A stretch of DNA of 64,000 bases from Chloroflexota bacterium (GTDB lineage Bacteria > Chloroflexota > UBA11872 > UBA12225). Within the stretch, counting starts at the first letter, position 1. Each line of letters opens with the position of its first letter. A program made the translations under genes and the position numbers. The notes beneath the pieces are model-generated. The model did not search any database. It saw only the letters and a list, made by a program, of their open reading frames with translations, and was not told the DNA's origin. The DNA lies in the NCBI GenBank assembly GCA_034437795.1, contig DAOTTI010000012.1, forward strand, positions 12,479-76,478. The letters are read 5' to 3'. Positions 28,625 to 36,650 of this stretch are shown one piece after another.

Positions 28625-30142
28625 CTAGGTCTGGGGGCGGAAGAGCCAGTCGCGATGCGTCATGTAGATCGCCTGGACGATGATGCGCCGCATCTCCGCG
28701 TCGGAGATCTCGCCCCGCTGGAGACTGACGCCGAGGTGATAGCGGATCAGCTTGGCGTAGGCGTCGGTGAGCCAGCCCGGCACGTGGGCATACTTGTCGG
28801 CAACGTCCAGGCCCACAGGGAAGCCGTAGCCGGGGAGCAGGCGGGCGTACAGGTAGGTGCGGCGGCAGGCCTCGGCAAGCTGGTCGGGACCGAGGGCTTC
28901 AAACACCTCGATGCGGATCGGCTCAGTGATCTCGGAGACGTGCAGGTAGCAAGCGCGGACCGCGGGGAAGCCGACGGGGCTGGGCGGGCGGAGGACGGAC
29001 CAGTCGGCCGTGGTGCTGAAGGACCCGCCCGGCAGGGCGATCTGGCCGCGGCGCAGGCCATGGTACTTGGAGATCGGCCAGGGCTCGGAATACTGGCCGG
29101 GCTGGAGGAGCATGGCCAGCAGGAGCGCATCGGTGTAGCCGAGGCGGTCGAGGAGGGCTTTGGAGGAGGTCAGGTCCGTGCGGCCGTACAACCGGTTGAA
29201 GTAATCGGTCTTTCCCTTCTCGCGCAGCTTTCGAAAGACCCGTTCCAGGAGGATCGTTTCGAGGAAGGCGCGGGAGGTGTCGCGCTCGACGACACCGCAG
29301 ATGACGGGCGCCGGCGTTCGCTGGCGGGCGCGCTCGATGAGCCGGCGATAGAGAAAGGCCATCCAGGCCAGTGGCTCGAACAGGTGGCGGCGGGCCCACT
29401 CGTCGGCACGGCGGGGGACGTGGGGGACCATGGCGGGGTAGATCTCGGCGGCGGCCTGGCGCAGGAAGTCGGCTTTGAGGGCCTGGCCCAGCGAAGGATC
29501 AGGGGCGTAGTGCTGCAGGAAGCGGTCGATATCCGCTTCCGTGAAAGGGGAGTGGCCGGCATAGGCGCCGACGAGGTAGACGAGCGGCCCGTGGAACATG
29601 AGCAGGCGCAGGTCAGGCGTGCGCTCCAGGGCGGAGAGGCCGCCCAGGAGCTCGGCGGTGATGCGGACGATATCGACGAAGTCCTTGCGCTCCTTGCTGC
29701 CCCCTTCGAGGTCGCCAAGGATCACGGGGTAGTAGCCGAAGCGCTCGCGCTCAGAGAGGTGGCGCTCGCCGGTGCGCACGGAGTACGAGCCGACGCGGAG
29801 CAGGATGGGAACCTGGCTGGAGAACTGGACCTGGCCTACGCCACCGTCGATGAAGGTGACGACCTCGCCCTGGAGGCTGGCCCACTCGGCGTCGGACACG
29901 GTGTGCACGGCCATGATCGGATCAGGGCGATTGATGGCTTTGCGGAGGTCGGTGACGAAGCGGGTAGTGTTCTTAAAGTAGTTGTCGCGCAGGCTCTCGG
30001 CAACGGTGAGGGCATTCGCCGCGAGCCGGAGCGGGAGGTAGCGCTGGGTCTGGAGATCGTGCAGGACGCCCTCTTCGGTGAAGGGTCGTGGCGGCAGGTC
30101 GCGGCGTGGCGCGGGCGTTCCACGTTGATGCGTCAGGGCCAT
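28625..30142 (-). CDS. NurA-family nuclease
   Basis: TFIDGG, RITAE, MFHGPL, CGVVER, PIRIEV and GYGFPVGLDVADKYA. Located immediately upstream of HerA. Confidence 0.82.
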   Translation of the reverse strand: MALTHQRGTPAPRRDLPPRPFTEEGVLHDLQTQRYLPLRLAANALTVAESLRDNYFKNTTRFVTDLRKAINRPDPIMAVHTVSDAEWASLQGEVVTFIDGGVGQVQFSSQVPILLRVGSYSVRTGERHLSERERFGYYPVILGDLEGGSKERKDFVDIVRITAELLGGLSALERTPDLRLLMFHGPLVYLVGAYAGHSPFTEADIDRFLQHYAPDPSLGQALKADFLRQAAAEIYPAMVPHVPRRADEWARRHLFEPLAWMAFLYRRLIERARQRTPAPVICGVVERDTSRAFLETILLERVFRKLREKGKTDYFNRLYGRTDLTSSKALLDRLGYTDALLLAMLLQPGQYSEPWPISKYHGLRRGQIALPGGSFSTTADWSVLRPPSPVGFPAVRACYLHVSEITEPIRIEVFEALGPDQLAEACRRTYLYARLLPGYGFPVGLDVADKYAHVPGWLTDAYAKLIRYHLGVSLQRGEISDAEMRRIIVQAIYMTHRDWLFRPQT

Positions 30143-31257
30143 CGGTCCGCCATCCCAGAGATAACGCGCAGGCGATATACGAGAGGGACGCCACCCCTCC
30201 TACCTGGCGGGAGCACACAAGTGCGCACTTTAATTAATGCACCGGCACGACGCGGCGTCAACGGTGAGCCAGGGGACGCCTGGCTGAGCGCCTGGCAGCG
30301 CTCCTGCGCCAAGAGCGGACTGACAGGAAAGACTATCGGGCGAGACGCGCTCCTCTTCTCGAGGCATCGCCCATCGTCGCAGCAGGCGGATCGCCAGCGG
30401 GTGGCTACGGGGAGATGCTGGTTCAACGCCAGCCGCTCGCGCGTGCCGTTGGAGAAGCGGAAGGTCAGTGAGGCGTAGTCGAACGGCGGATCGTCGCGAT
30501 GGATGGCGGCGTGGTGATTAGGGCAGACGAGCACCATGTTCTCTCGCTCGTCCTCGCCCCCGCGCGACAGCCACTGGATGTGGTGGGCGTGACAGAGACG
30601 ATAGCCGTAGCGGGTCCGCGGGTCGTAGAGGCACACCTGGCAGCGGCCGGCAGAGAGCTCCTGGAGCCGTTCCACGCGCTGCCGTGCGCGGTGCAGGTCG
30701 ACCGGCTCGAAGACGTACTTCAGCCGGCGCCCGTACTGGGCCTTGTCCTCGCGCAGGACGAGTGAGCGGGCGGCCTCGCCGTGGATCAGCCGCGCCTCGA
30801 ACTCGTCGTCAGGGTACAGCGCCACGCGGTCGAGCGCCGGCAGGTAGAGTGCGAACGCGACCAGGACCTGGTGATCGGCGTGGCTAAGGATGCGCACGGC
30901 AGCATGCCCCTGGAACGCCTGGCCGAGGCGCTGGCCGGCGGCCTTCACCTGGAGCGGCCGGATGAGCGGCTCGGCATTCGGCGCAACGTCGATATCGAAG
31001 TACCGGCTCCGGACCAAGTCGCCCCAGATGCGATAGCGCCCGTACCAGTAGTGTGGTAGATTGGTGGTGACAGCGCGCACCACGAGCCCGGCCGCCAGCA
31101 CATATTGACCATCGCGCTCACGGCGCGTGAACGCCCACAGGCTGTCGCCAGGACGAGCCGACAGCATGGCGGGGCTGCTCTGATTCAGGTGGTAGCCGAA
31201 CCAGAGGCGACGATCGCGGGCGTAGTTATCGGGCCGCCAGTAGTACAGCAGCGGCAT
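30133..31257 (-). CDS. HNH endonuclease with N-terminal PUA/EVE-like domain; the C-terminal ~90 codons are probably read-through
   Basis: CQVC...AHHIQWLSRGGED..ENMVLVCPNHHAAIH HNH motif; N-terminal PGDSLWAFTR...YVLAA segment. Start uncertain (31257, 31278 or 31326). Confidence 0.8.
   Translation of the reverse strand: MPLLYYWRPDNYARDRRLWFGYHLNQSSPAMLSARPGDSLWAFTRRERDGQYVLAAGLVVRAVTTNLPHYWYGRYRIWGDLVRSRYFDIDVAPNAEPLIRPLQVKAAGQRLGQAFQGHAAVRILSHADHQVLVAFALYLPALDRVALYPDDEFEARLIHGEAARSLVLREDKAQYGRRLKYVFEPVDLHRARQRVERLQELSAGRCQVCLYDPRTRYGYRLCHAHHIQWLSRGGEDERENMVLVCPNHHAAIHRDDPPFDYASLTFRFSNGTRERLALNQHLPVATRWRSACCDDGRCLEKRSASRPIVFPVSPLLAQERCQALSQASPGSPLTPRRAGALIKVRTCVLPPGRRGGVPLVYRLRVISGMADRWP
30219..30237. 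promoter_or_regulatory. Palindrome AAGTGCGCACTT plus TTAATTAA, possible operator/promoter of the nurA operon
   Basis: Perfect 12-bp palindrome at 30219-30230 overlapping an AT-only octamer, about 80 bp upstream of the nurA ATG. Confidence 0.4.
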
Positions 31258-31475
31258 CTGCGCGGCATTGTCGCGCACATGTCTCGGCTCACCCTCCCTG
31301 GACGATGGCCGCGGCTCCAGTGTCACTACCGGGAGTGGCCGGCTGAGCAGTTGCGCGCACAGATTACCCGGGTTGCTGCTGAGCCGTGCTGCGGCACAGT
31401 GTCGCGGGCACCCCCCGCCACCCTTCAGCCGGTATGGTGCAGTCGGTCAGCTAGGCCGAAAAAGCGGAAGGGCCT

Positions 31476-31660
31476 TCAGCTCGATCGCTGCTGAGAGAGC
31501 TCTTTCACGGTGTCCACGCCAACCGTTGGGGAAGGGCGCCAGGCCAGGGGCGTTAGCGCACGCGCTATGCAGGTGAACCGCCCGGCGAGCGTCGCCGGCT
31601 GGTCGAACCAGTGGAAGGTCGCGCCTACGACGACGGCGTGGACCGCGCGGGCATAGACCA
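31476..31660 (-). pseudogene. Fragment of a class I SAM-dependent methyltransferase
   Basis: VHAVVVGATFHWFDQPATLA...IARALTP resembles the D.V..AQAFHWFD...EIARVL.P segment. No motif I and no credible start. Confidence 0.45.
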
Positions 31661-31904
31661 GCCCGCCCGCAGGCGAGGCAGCGTGGCGCCTGGCCCGGAA
31701 GGCTGGTTCGCGGGCGAGAGACGTGCTACGGTGTAGACGACCCATGGGAATAGCCAGTGGCGAGTAGCGAGTTGTTCCCCTCGCCCAGAGATCCCGCGGA
31801 CGCGGGACGGCCAGAGGGCGAGGGGGCGCTCCGGCAGTTGAAGGGTGGTGGGGTGGCGCCACTGCATCACTGCATCACTGTCTACGGAGCAAAGGAGGCG
31901 CGAG

Positions 31905-33374
31905 ATGGCAGTGCAGACGCTTCGTCGTGGCAGGGTGGGAACGCACGCGCCGGCGGGGGCTGGTTCCGGACCGGCCGGCACAGGGCAGATCGTTCGGCGT
32001 GAAGGGGCGGCAACGGACGAGTGCAGAGAGGGACCGGCCGGAGCGGCCAGCGCGGCCGGAGCGGTGCGGCGGCAGGTCCTGCTGGCGCTAGCGGGCGGCA
32101 TGGCGGGCGGACTGGCGGCGGCCTGCGGCCAGCGGCAGGAGCCGGGTGCCGGCACGCGCGCCCAGACGCCGGTGACACTCCGCTTTGCCGCGGACCGGGC
32201 GCGCCTGGATGCGGGCGTGCAGTCAGTGATCGACGCCTTCAACGCCCGCGGCGGCCCGGTGCGCGTGGAGCCGGAGCTGGTTACGGGCTCGATCGTGGAT
32301 AAGATCCTGACGCAGGCGGCGGCCGGTGACCCTCCCGATCTGACCCACACCCACCCACGGGACTACCATCCCTGGGTGAATGCCGGCGCCCTGCTGGCCC
32401 TGGATGACTACATGAAGCGGGACCGGCAGAACGTGCCGGACATCGTGCCGGTGGCGCTCGACTACTGGGCGCGCGACGGCCGGCGCTGGGCCATGCCCAA
32501 CAACCTCTCGGTCCAGAACATCTACTTCAACAAGGAGATCTTCGATCGGCGCGGCCAGAAGTATCCCGATCACTACGAGCGGGAGGGGAAGTGGACCTTT
32601 GAGACCTACCTGGACCTGGCCCGCCAGCTCACCACCGGCACCGGTGAGCATAAGATCTTCGGCGCCACGTGGCGGCACACGCTGCTGGACATCCAGCTGG
32701 GGTTCATCTGGCCGTTCGGCGGCGACCTGTGGGACAAGGACCGCATGAGGACGGTGCTGGACAGCAAGGAGTCGCTGGAGGCCATCCAGTTCCAGGCCGA
32801 CCTGACCCATAAGTACGGGGTGGCGCCCACCGACGAGGAGTGGCAGCAGTTTGCCTCAGCACCGGCCGCGTCGTGGGGGGCGGCCTTCTCCGCCGGCCGC
32901 GCGGCGATGGAGCTGCAGCCGAACGATTCGCTGCTGCAGCACGTGGTGCCGGCTGCCTTCCCGAAGGGGATGGTACCCATGCCCAAGGGGCGGGCGGGGC
33001 GGATCATCCGCGGCCTGGCGGTGGGGGCGCATATTACCAAGGGCTCGCGCCACCAGGACGCGGCCTGGGAGGTGGCGAACTTCCAGGCAGGCAAGGAGTC
33101 TGAGAAGATCATGCTCGGGCTCCACGTCTCCCTGCCCTGGCACAAGTCCACGCTGGCCGACTTGGAGCGGTCGATGCCGCTCTATCCATGGGAGAGCGGC
33201 GCCTACTACGCCGAAGGGGTGCGCCGGTTGCGGGCCACGCCGTACGTGAACCGCTTCACGGAGATCAGCAATCTCTATAGCCAGCACTACAACATGGTCC
33301 GCCACGGGCAGAAGACGGCGGCCCAGATGATGGCCGAGATCAAACCGCAGATCGACGCCCTGCTGCGGGGCTGA
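31905..33374 (+). CDS. ABC-type extracellular solute-binding protein, family 1 (TAT/lipoprotein)
   Basis: AAGGAGG RBS then ATG 31905. VRRQVLL...LAAAC, AAGDPPDL, LDDYMKRD, YFNKEIFD. Confidence 0.9.
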   Translation: MAVQTLRRGRVGTHAPAGAGSGPAGTGQIVRREGAATDECREGPAGAASAAGAVRRQVLLALAGGMAGGLAAACGQRQEPGAGTRAQTPVTLRFAADRARLDAGVQSVIDAFNARGGPVRVEPELVTGSIVDKILTQAAAGDPPDLTHTHPRDYHPWVNAGALLALDDYMKRDRQNVPDIVPVALDYWARDGRRWAMPNNLSVQNIYFNKEIFDRRGQKYPDHYEREGKWTFETYLDLARQLTTGTGEHKIFGATWRHTLLDIQLGFIWPFGGDLWDKDRMRTVLDSKESLEAIQFQADLTHKYGVAPTDEEWQQFASAPAASWGAAFSAGRAAMELQPNDSLLQHVVPAAFPKGMVPMPKGRAGRIIRGLAVGAHITKGSRHQDAAWEVANFQAGKESEKIMLGLHVSLPWHKSTLADLERSMPLYPWESGAYYAEGVRRLRATPYVNRFTEISNLYSQHYNMVRHGQKTAAQMMAEIKPQIDALLRG

Positions 33375-33563
33375 CCCTCATCTTCGCGAGCGGATTGACG
33401 AGCGGCACCCTGACTGCAGCCTGCGCTGTGACCCTGGGGCGACGGACGTTCGCTGCTTATAAGTGGTGCCCTCACCCTAACCGTCTCCCTTTGGGAGAGG
33501 GGACGCTTCGCGCGCCCAAAGGGAGAGGGGACGCTTGGTCCCCGAAGGGGCAGGGGATGCATG

Positions 33564-34403
33564 CTACGGCGGCGCGTCGCCGAGTAGCCAGCGGACGTTG
33601 CCGCCTTTGATCTGGCTGAGGGCGTCGTCGCTGGCGTCGAGGAACTCAAGGCGCAGGAGCGCCACCTCCGGATACTCGAAGGGGGCGAGAGAGCCGAGCA
33701 GCAGGCGCCGCGGGCCGAGCAGGCTGTACGCCTCCTGGATGCTGTTGCTCAGGGGCCCGCTGAGCCCGCTGGTATCGAAGGCGACGTTATCCTGGTAGGG
33801 CAGGTGGCGCACCACCATCTCGATCACGGGGACGGTGGTAGTAGTAAACAGGAAGCGCACCTGCGGATGGCGGCGCACGGCCGCGGCGATGTCGTGCTCC
33901 GTGAGGTCGGGGGCCGTGTCCAAGTGATGGCGCTGGCGGGGGTCTTCGAAGGCGCAGGCGACGGAGACCGGCAGGTTGCGCGCTGCCGCCTCGGCCAGCA
34001 GCTCGGCTGCAGCGTCGCCACCGAGGGCGTAGCCGGTTCCCTGGCCCGGCGCGGGCGCCGGCGCTCGGGCCGGTGATGTGCTGAGGCCGTCATGGTAGGA
34101 GGGGTAGAGGCGCAGGCCGCGCATGCCCCACTCTTCGACGCATTGCTTGAGGTCGTCGCGCCAGCCGGCATACTCGGGGTGGAGGCAGGCAAAGGGAATG
34201 AAGCGATCGCGGTGGGCCTTGACGGCGTCGTAGAGCTCGGCGTTGCTCTCATGCGGGTTGCGATAGAAGATGCCGTGGGTGTGGGAGACGATGGCGCGAT
34301 CGATGCCGGCGCGATCGAGCATGCGGAGCAGGCCATCGACGGTGGTCGTCCACAGGCGGCGGAACGGCCAGTGGCCGATGTGGCAGTTGGCGTCAATGAT
34401 CAT
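33564..34403 (-). CDS. Amidohydrolase_2 family metal-dependent hydrolase
   Basis: IIDANCHIG, GMRGLRLYPSYH, AFDTS, RLLLGS..PF motifs. Confidence 0.85.
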   Translation of the reverse strand: MIIDANCHIGHWPFRRLWTTTVDGLLRMLDRAGIDRAIVSHTHGIFYRNPHESNAELYDAVKAHRDRFIPFACLHPEYAGWRDDLKQCVEEWGMRGLRLYPSYHDGLSTSPARAPAPAPGQGTGYALGGDAAAELLAEAAARNLPVSVACAFEDPRQRHHLDTAPDLTEHDIAAAVRRHPQVRFLFTTTTVPVIEMVVRHLPYQDNVAFDTSGLSGPLSNSIQEAYSLLGPRRLLLGSLAPFEYPEVALLRLEFLDASDDALSQIKGGNVRWLLGDAPP

Positions 34404-34482
34404 CGCCGTGCCTCACCATGGAAACGCGGGGACACTCGGGCGCGGAGACGCGGGGACACGGAGACGTTGGGAGGGGGTGTGT

Positions 34483-35367
34483 TCATCGCGGGGCTTGCTG
34501 TGGGTCTGTGGTGCTGATCCGTCGGTGCAGCAGGCGCTGCAGGTTGGCGCCCCAGATCTGGCGCCTGGCCCCCTCGGGGATCTGGGCGCCGCGGAGCTTG
34601 CCCACGCCTTCGCACATGGAGCCATCGGTGCCGAAGAGCAGGCGCTCGGCGCCAACGGCGTCATAGGCCATCTCCACCATGCCGGCGTCGACGCCGCTCC
34701 CGCTCAGGTCGAGGTAGACGTTGGGGTAAGGGCGGACGGCCTTGATGGAGAAGGCCCAGTCGCCCCCGCCGCCGAGGTGGGCCAGGATGAGCGGCGCCTG
34801 CGGGAGGCGCTGGGCCAGGTAGGCGACCTCGCGCCCGTCGGAGGCGTACTGTCCGGGGATCTCCCTGGTGCGGCGCTGCACGACGTGGAGCAGGGTGGGG
34901 ACGCCGTAGTCGGCGGCGCGGGCGACGACAGGCAGCACGCGGGGGTCGTCGTAGCGGCAGGCGGCGTAGAGCTTGAGCCCGAGGAAGCCGCGCCGCTCGA
35001 CGCAGTCTTCCAGCTCTCGCTCGGCCTCCTCGGGGTAGGTGCAACTGACGAAGCAGTAGCCGAGGAGCTGGTCGGGCGCACGCTCGAGCCAGCGTTCGAC
35101 CGAGCGATTGCACTCGCGGAACTGGTCGGGCGTGGCGGTGGCAGGCACGCGGTTGCCCGCCCACAGGCGGGAGACCATGAGCTTGTGGATGCCCAGCCGG
35201 CGCGCGGCGTCCAGCAGGCGCTGGCCCCGTTCGTGAGGCGGGTCACCGTAGAGGTGGGCATGGCAGTCCCACACCGGCACGTCCGCCGGCGCCGCCCCGC
35301 GAACCCGCCCATTCGGTGACGGTTCCACGTTCTCTCCTTGATCTCCTTGGTTTCCTTCGTCGTTCAT
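34483..35367 (-). CDS. Amidohydrolase_2 family metal-dependent hydrolase
   Basis: VWDCHAHL, GFLGLKLY, TLLHV, ILAHLGGG, VYLDLSGS, LLFGTDG. Start at ATG 35367. Confidence 0.88.
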   Translation of the reverse strand: MNDEGNQGDQGENVEPSPNGRVRGAAPADVPVWDCHAHLYGDPPHERGQRLLDAARRLGIHKLMVSRLWAGNRVPATATPDQFRECNRSVERWLERAPDQLLGYCFVSCTYPEEAERELEDCVERRGFLGLKLYAACRYDDPRVLPVVARAADYGVPTLLHVVQRRTREIPGQYASDGREVAYLAQRLPQAPLILAHLGGGGDWAFSIKAVRPYPNVYLDLSGSGVDAGMVEMAYDAVGAERLLFGTDGSMCEGVGKLRGAQIPEGARRQIWGANLQRLLHRRISTTDPQQAPR

Positions 35368-35609
35368 CAGCACCCGGCAGAGGATGGCACATCGTGCGGG
35401 CGGGTCGCAGGCTGGCCGTCCGGCTGCGGCGCGGCACGGAGAGGCCGACCGGTTCCGGCTGCCAACGCTGGGCAGGCGCTGTGCACGTGCTCCGCAGGCG
35501 CTGTTATGCCCTTTTTGCGGGGGCGCCGACAAGCGGCAGACCGTACAATCGGTGGCGCTGCAGTATGGGTTCTGGACACGGGAGAGGCAGCCACTCCGGA
35601 TGATCGCCG

Positions 35610-36536
35610 ATGGTGGGAGCTGAAGGGCCGGCATGGTCGTCTAGTCCGTCTGGGTCGGCAGAGAGCGGGCGGGGCGCGGAGCTACCCTGGGCGGCGGCGC
35701 GCACGCCGCGCCTGCCGCCGGTCCCTGCCGGTGGGTACGTTGACGCCAATAGCTACCTGGGCGAGTGGCCGACGCGGCGCCTGAATGGCTCGCCGCCGAG
35801 CCGGTCGCAGATGGCGGACGAGCGTCTGCGCCTGATGGACCGGCTGGGGATCCGGCGGGCGGCGGTAGCGCTGCTGGACGGCGTGCTGCTCAAGGACGCG
35901 GGCGTGGCCAATGCCGAGCTGCACGCGCTGGTGGGCCGCCAACTGGACCGGTACTTCCCGCTGTACACGCTGAACCCGACCTTCCCCGCGTGGGAGGAGC
36001 ACCTGGCGCGCTGCCGCGACGCCTACGGCCTGGCCCCCGGCCGTGGGGCCATCCGGCTCTACCCCGCCTACCAGGGCTATGGCCTGGACGATCCGCGTCT
36101 GGACGGGGCCCTGGAGAGCCTGGCGGGGCTGGACCTGCCTGTGGTGCTGACATTGCAGCTGGAGGACGCGCGCATGCACCACCCCGCGCTGCACGCGCCG
36201 GACGTGGATGCGGCGGACGCGCTGGCCCTGGTGCGCCGGTGGCCGCGCCTGCGCTGGCTGCTGGCCGGCGGGAGCTACCGCGACGTGCGGGCCATCGGGA
36301 CGGAGCTACCGAAGGAGGCGCGCGTCTGGTTCGACATCGCGCGGGTGCAGGGGCCGATCGACTGCATCCGCCTGCTCTGCGAGGAGGTGGGCGCGGGCCG
36401 GCTCCTGTTCGGCACCAACCTCCCGTTCACCGTCGCCGAGTCACCCATCCTGGAGCTGGCCGACGCGCGCCTGGCGGCAGCGGCGGACGCGGCGGTGCGC
36501 TATGGAAACGCGAGGGAAGCGCTGGGAGTGGATTGA
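35610..36536 (+). CDS. Amidohydrolase_2 family metal-dependent hydrolase (start uncertain)
   Basis: YVDANSYLG, AIRLYPAYQGY, VWFDIA, LLFGTNLPF motifs. Confidence 0.82.
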   Translation: MVGAEGPAWSSSPSGSAESGRGAELPWAAARTPRLPPVPAGGYVDANSYLGEWPTRRLNGSPPSRSQMADERLRLMDRLGIRRAAVALLDGVLLKDAGVANAELHALVGRQLDRYFPLYTLNPTFPAWEEHLARCRDAYGLAPGRGAIRLYPAYQGYGLDDPRLDGALESLAGLDLPVVLTLQLEDARMHHPALHAPDVDAADALALVRRWPRLRWLLAGGSYRDVRAIGTELPKEARVWFDIARVQGPIDCIRLLCEEVGAGRLLFGTNLPFTVAESPILELADARLAAAADAAVRYGNAREALGVD

Positions 36537-36544
36537 GGAACAAG

Positions 36545-36650
36545 TCGCGAGTGGCGAGTGCCGAGCCGCGAGGAAGTAGCGAGCACCGAGGAGCGAGGAG
36601 GCAGACGCGAGACACGAGCGGGGAGCGATGAGGAGCGACGAGGGAGATGA
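36545..36650. repeat. Degenerate heptamer tract (GAGTGGC/GAGTAGC/GAGGAGC)
   Basis: About 7-bp periodic GCGAG units between two genes. Similar tracts at 5042-5087 and 40691-40745. Confidence 0.7.

Noticed and set aside
27572-30478. 968-aa plus-strand ORF
   Set aside because: Antisense shadow of the herA and nurA genes. It has no motifs, and such ORFs are expected from high-GC codon bias.
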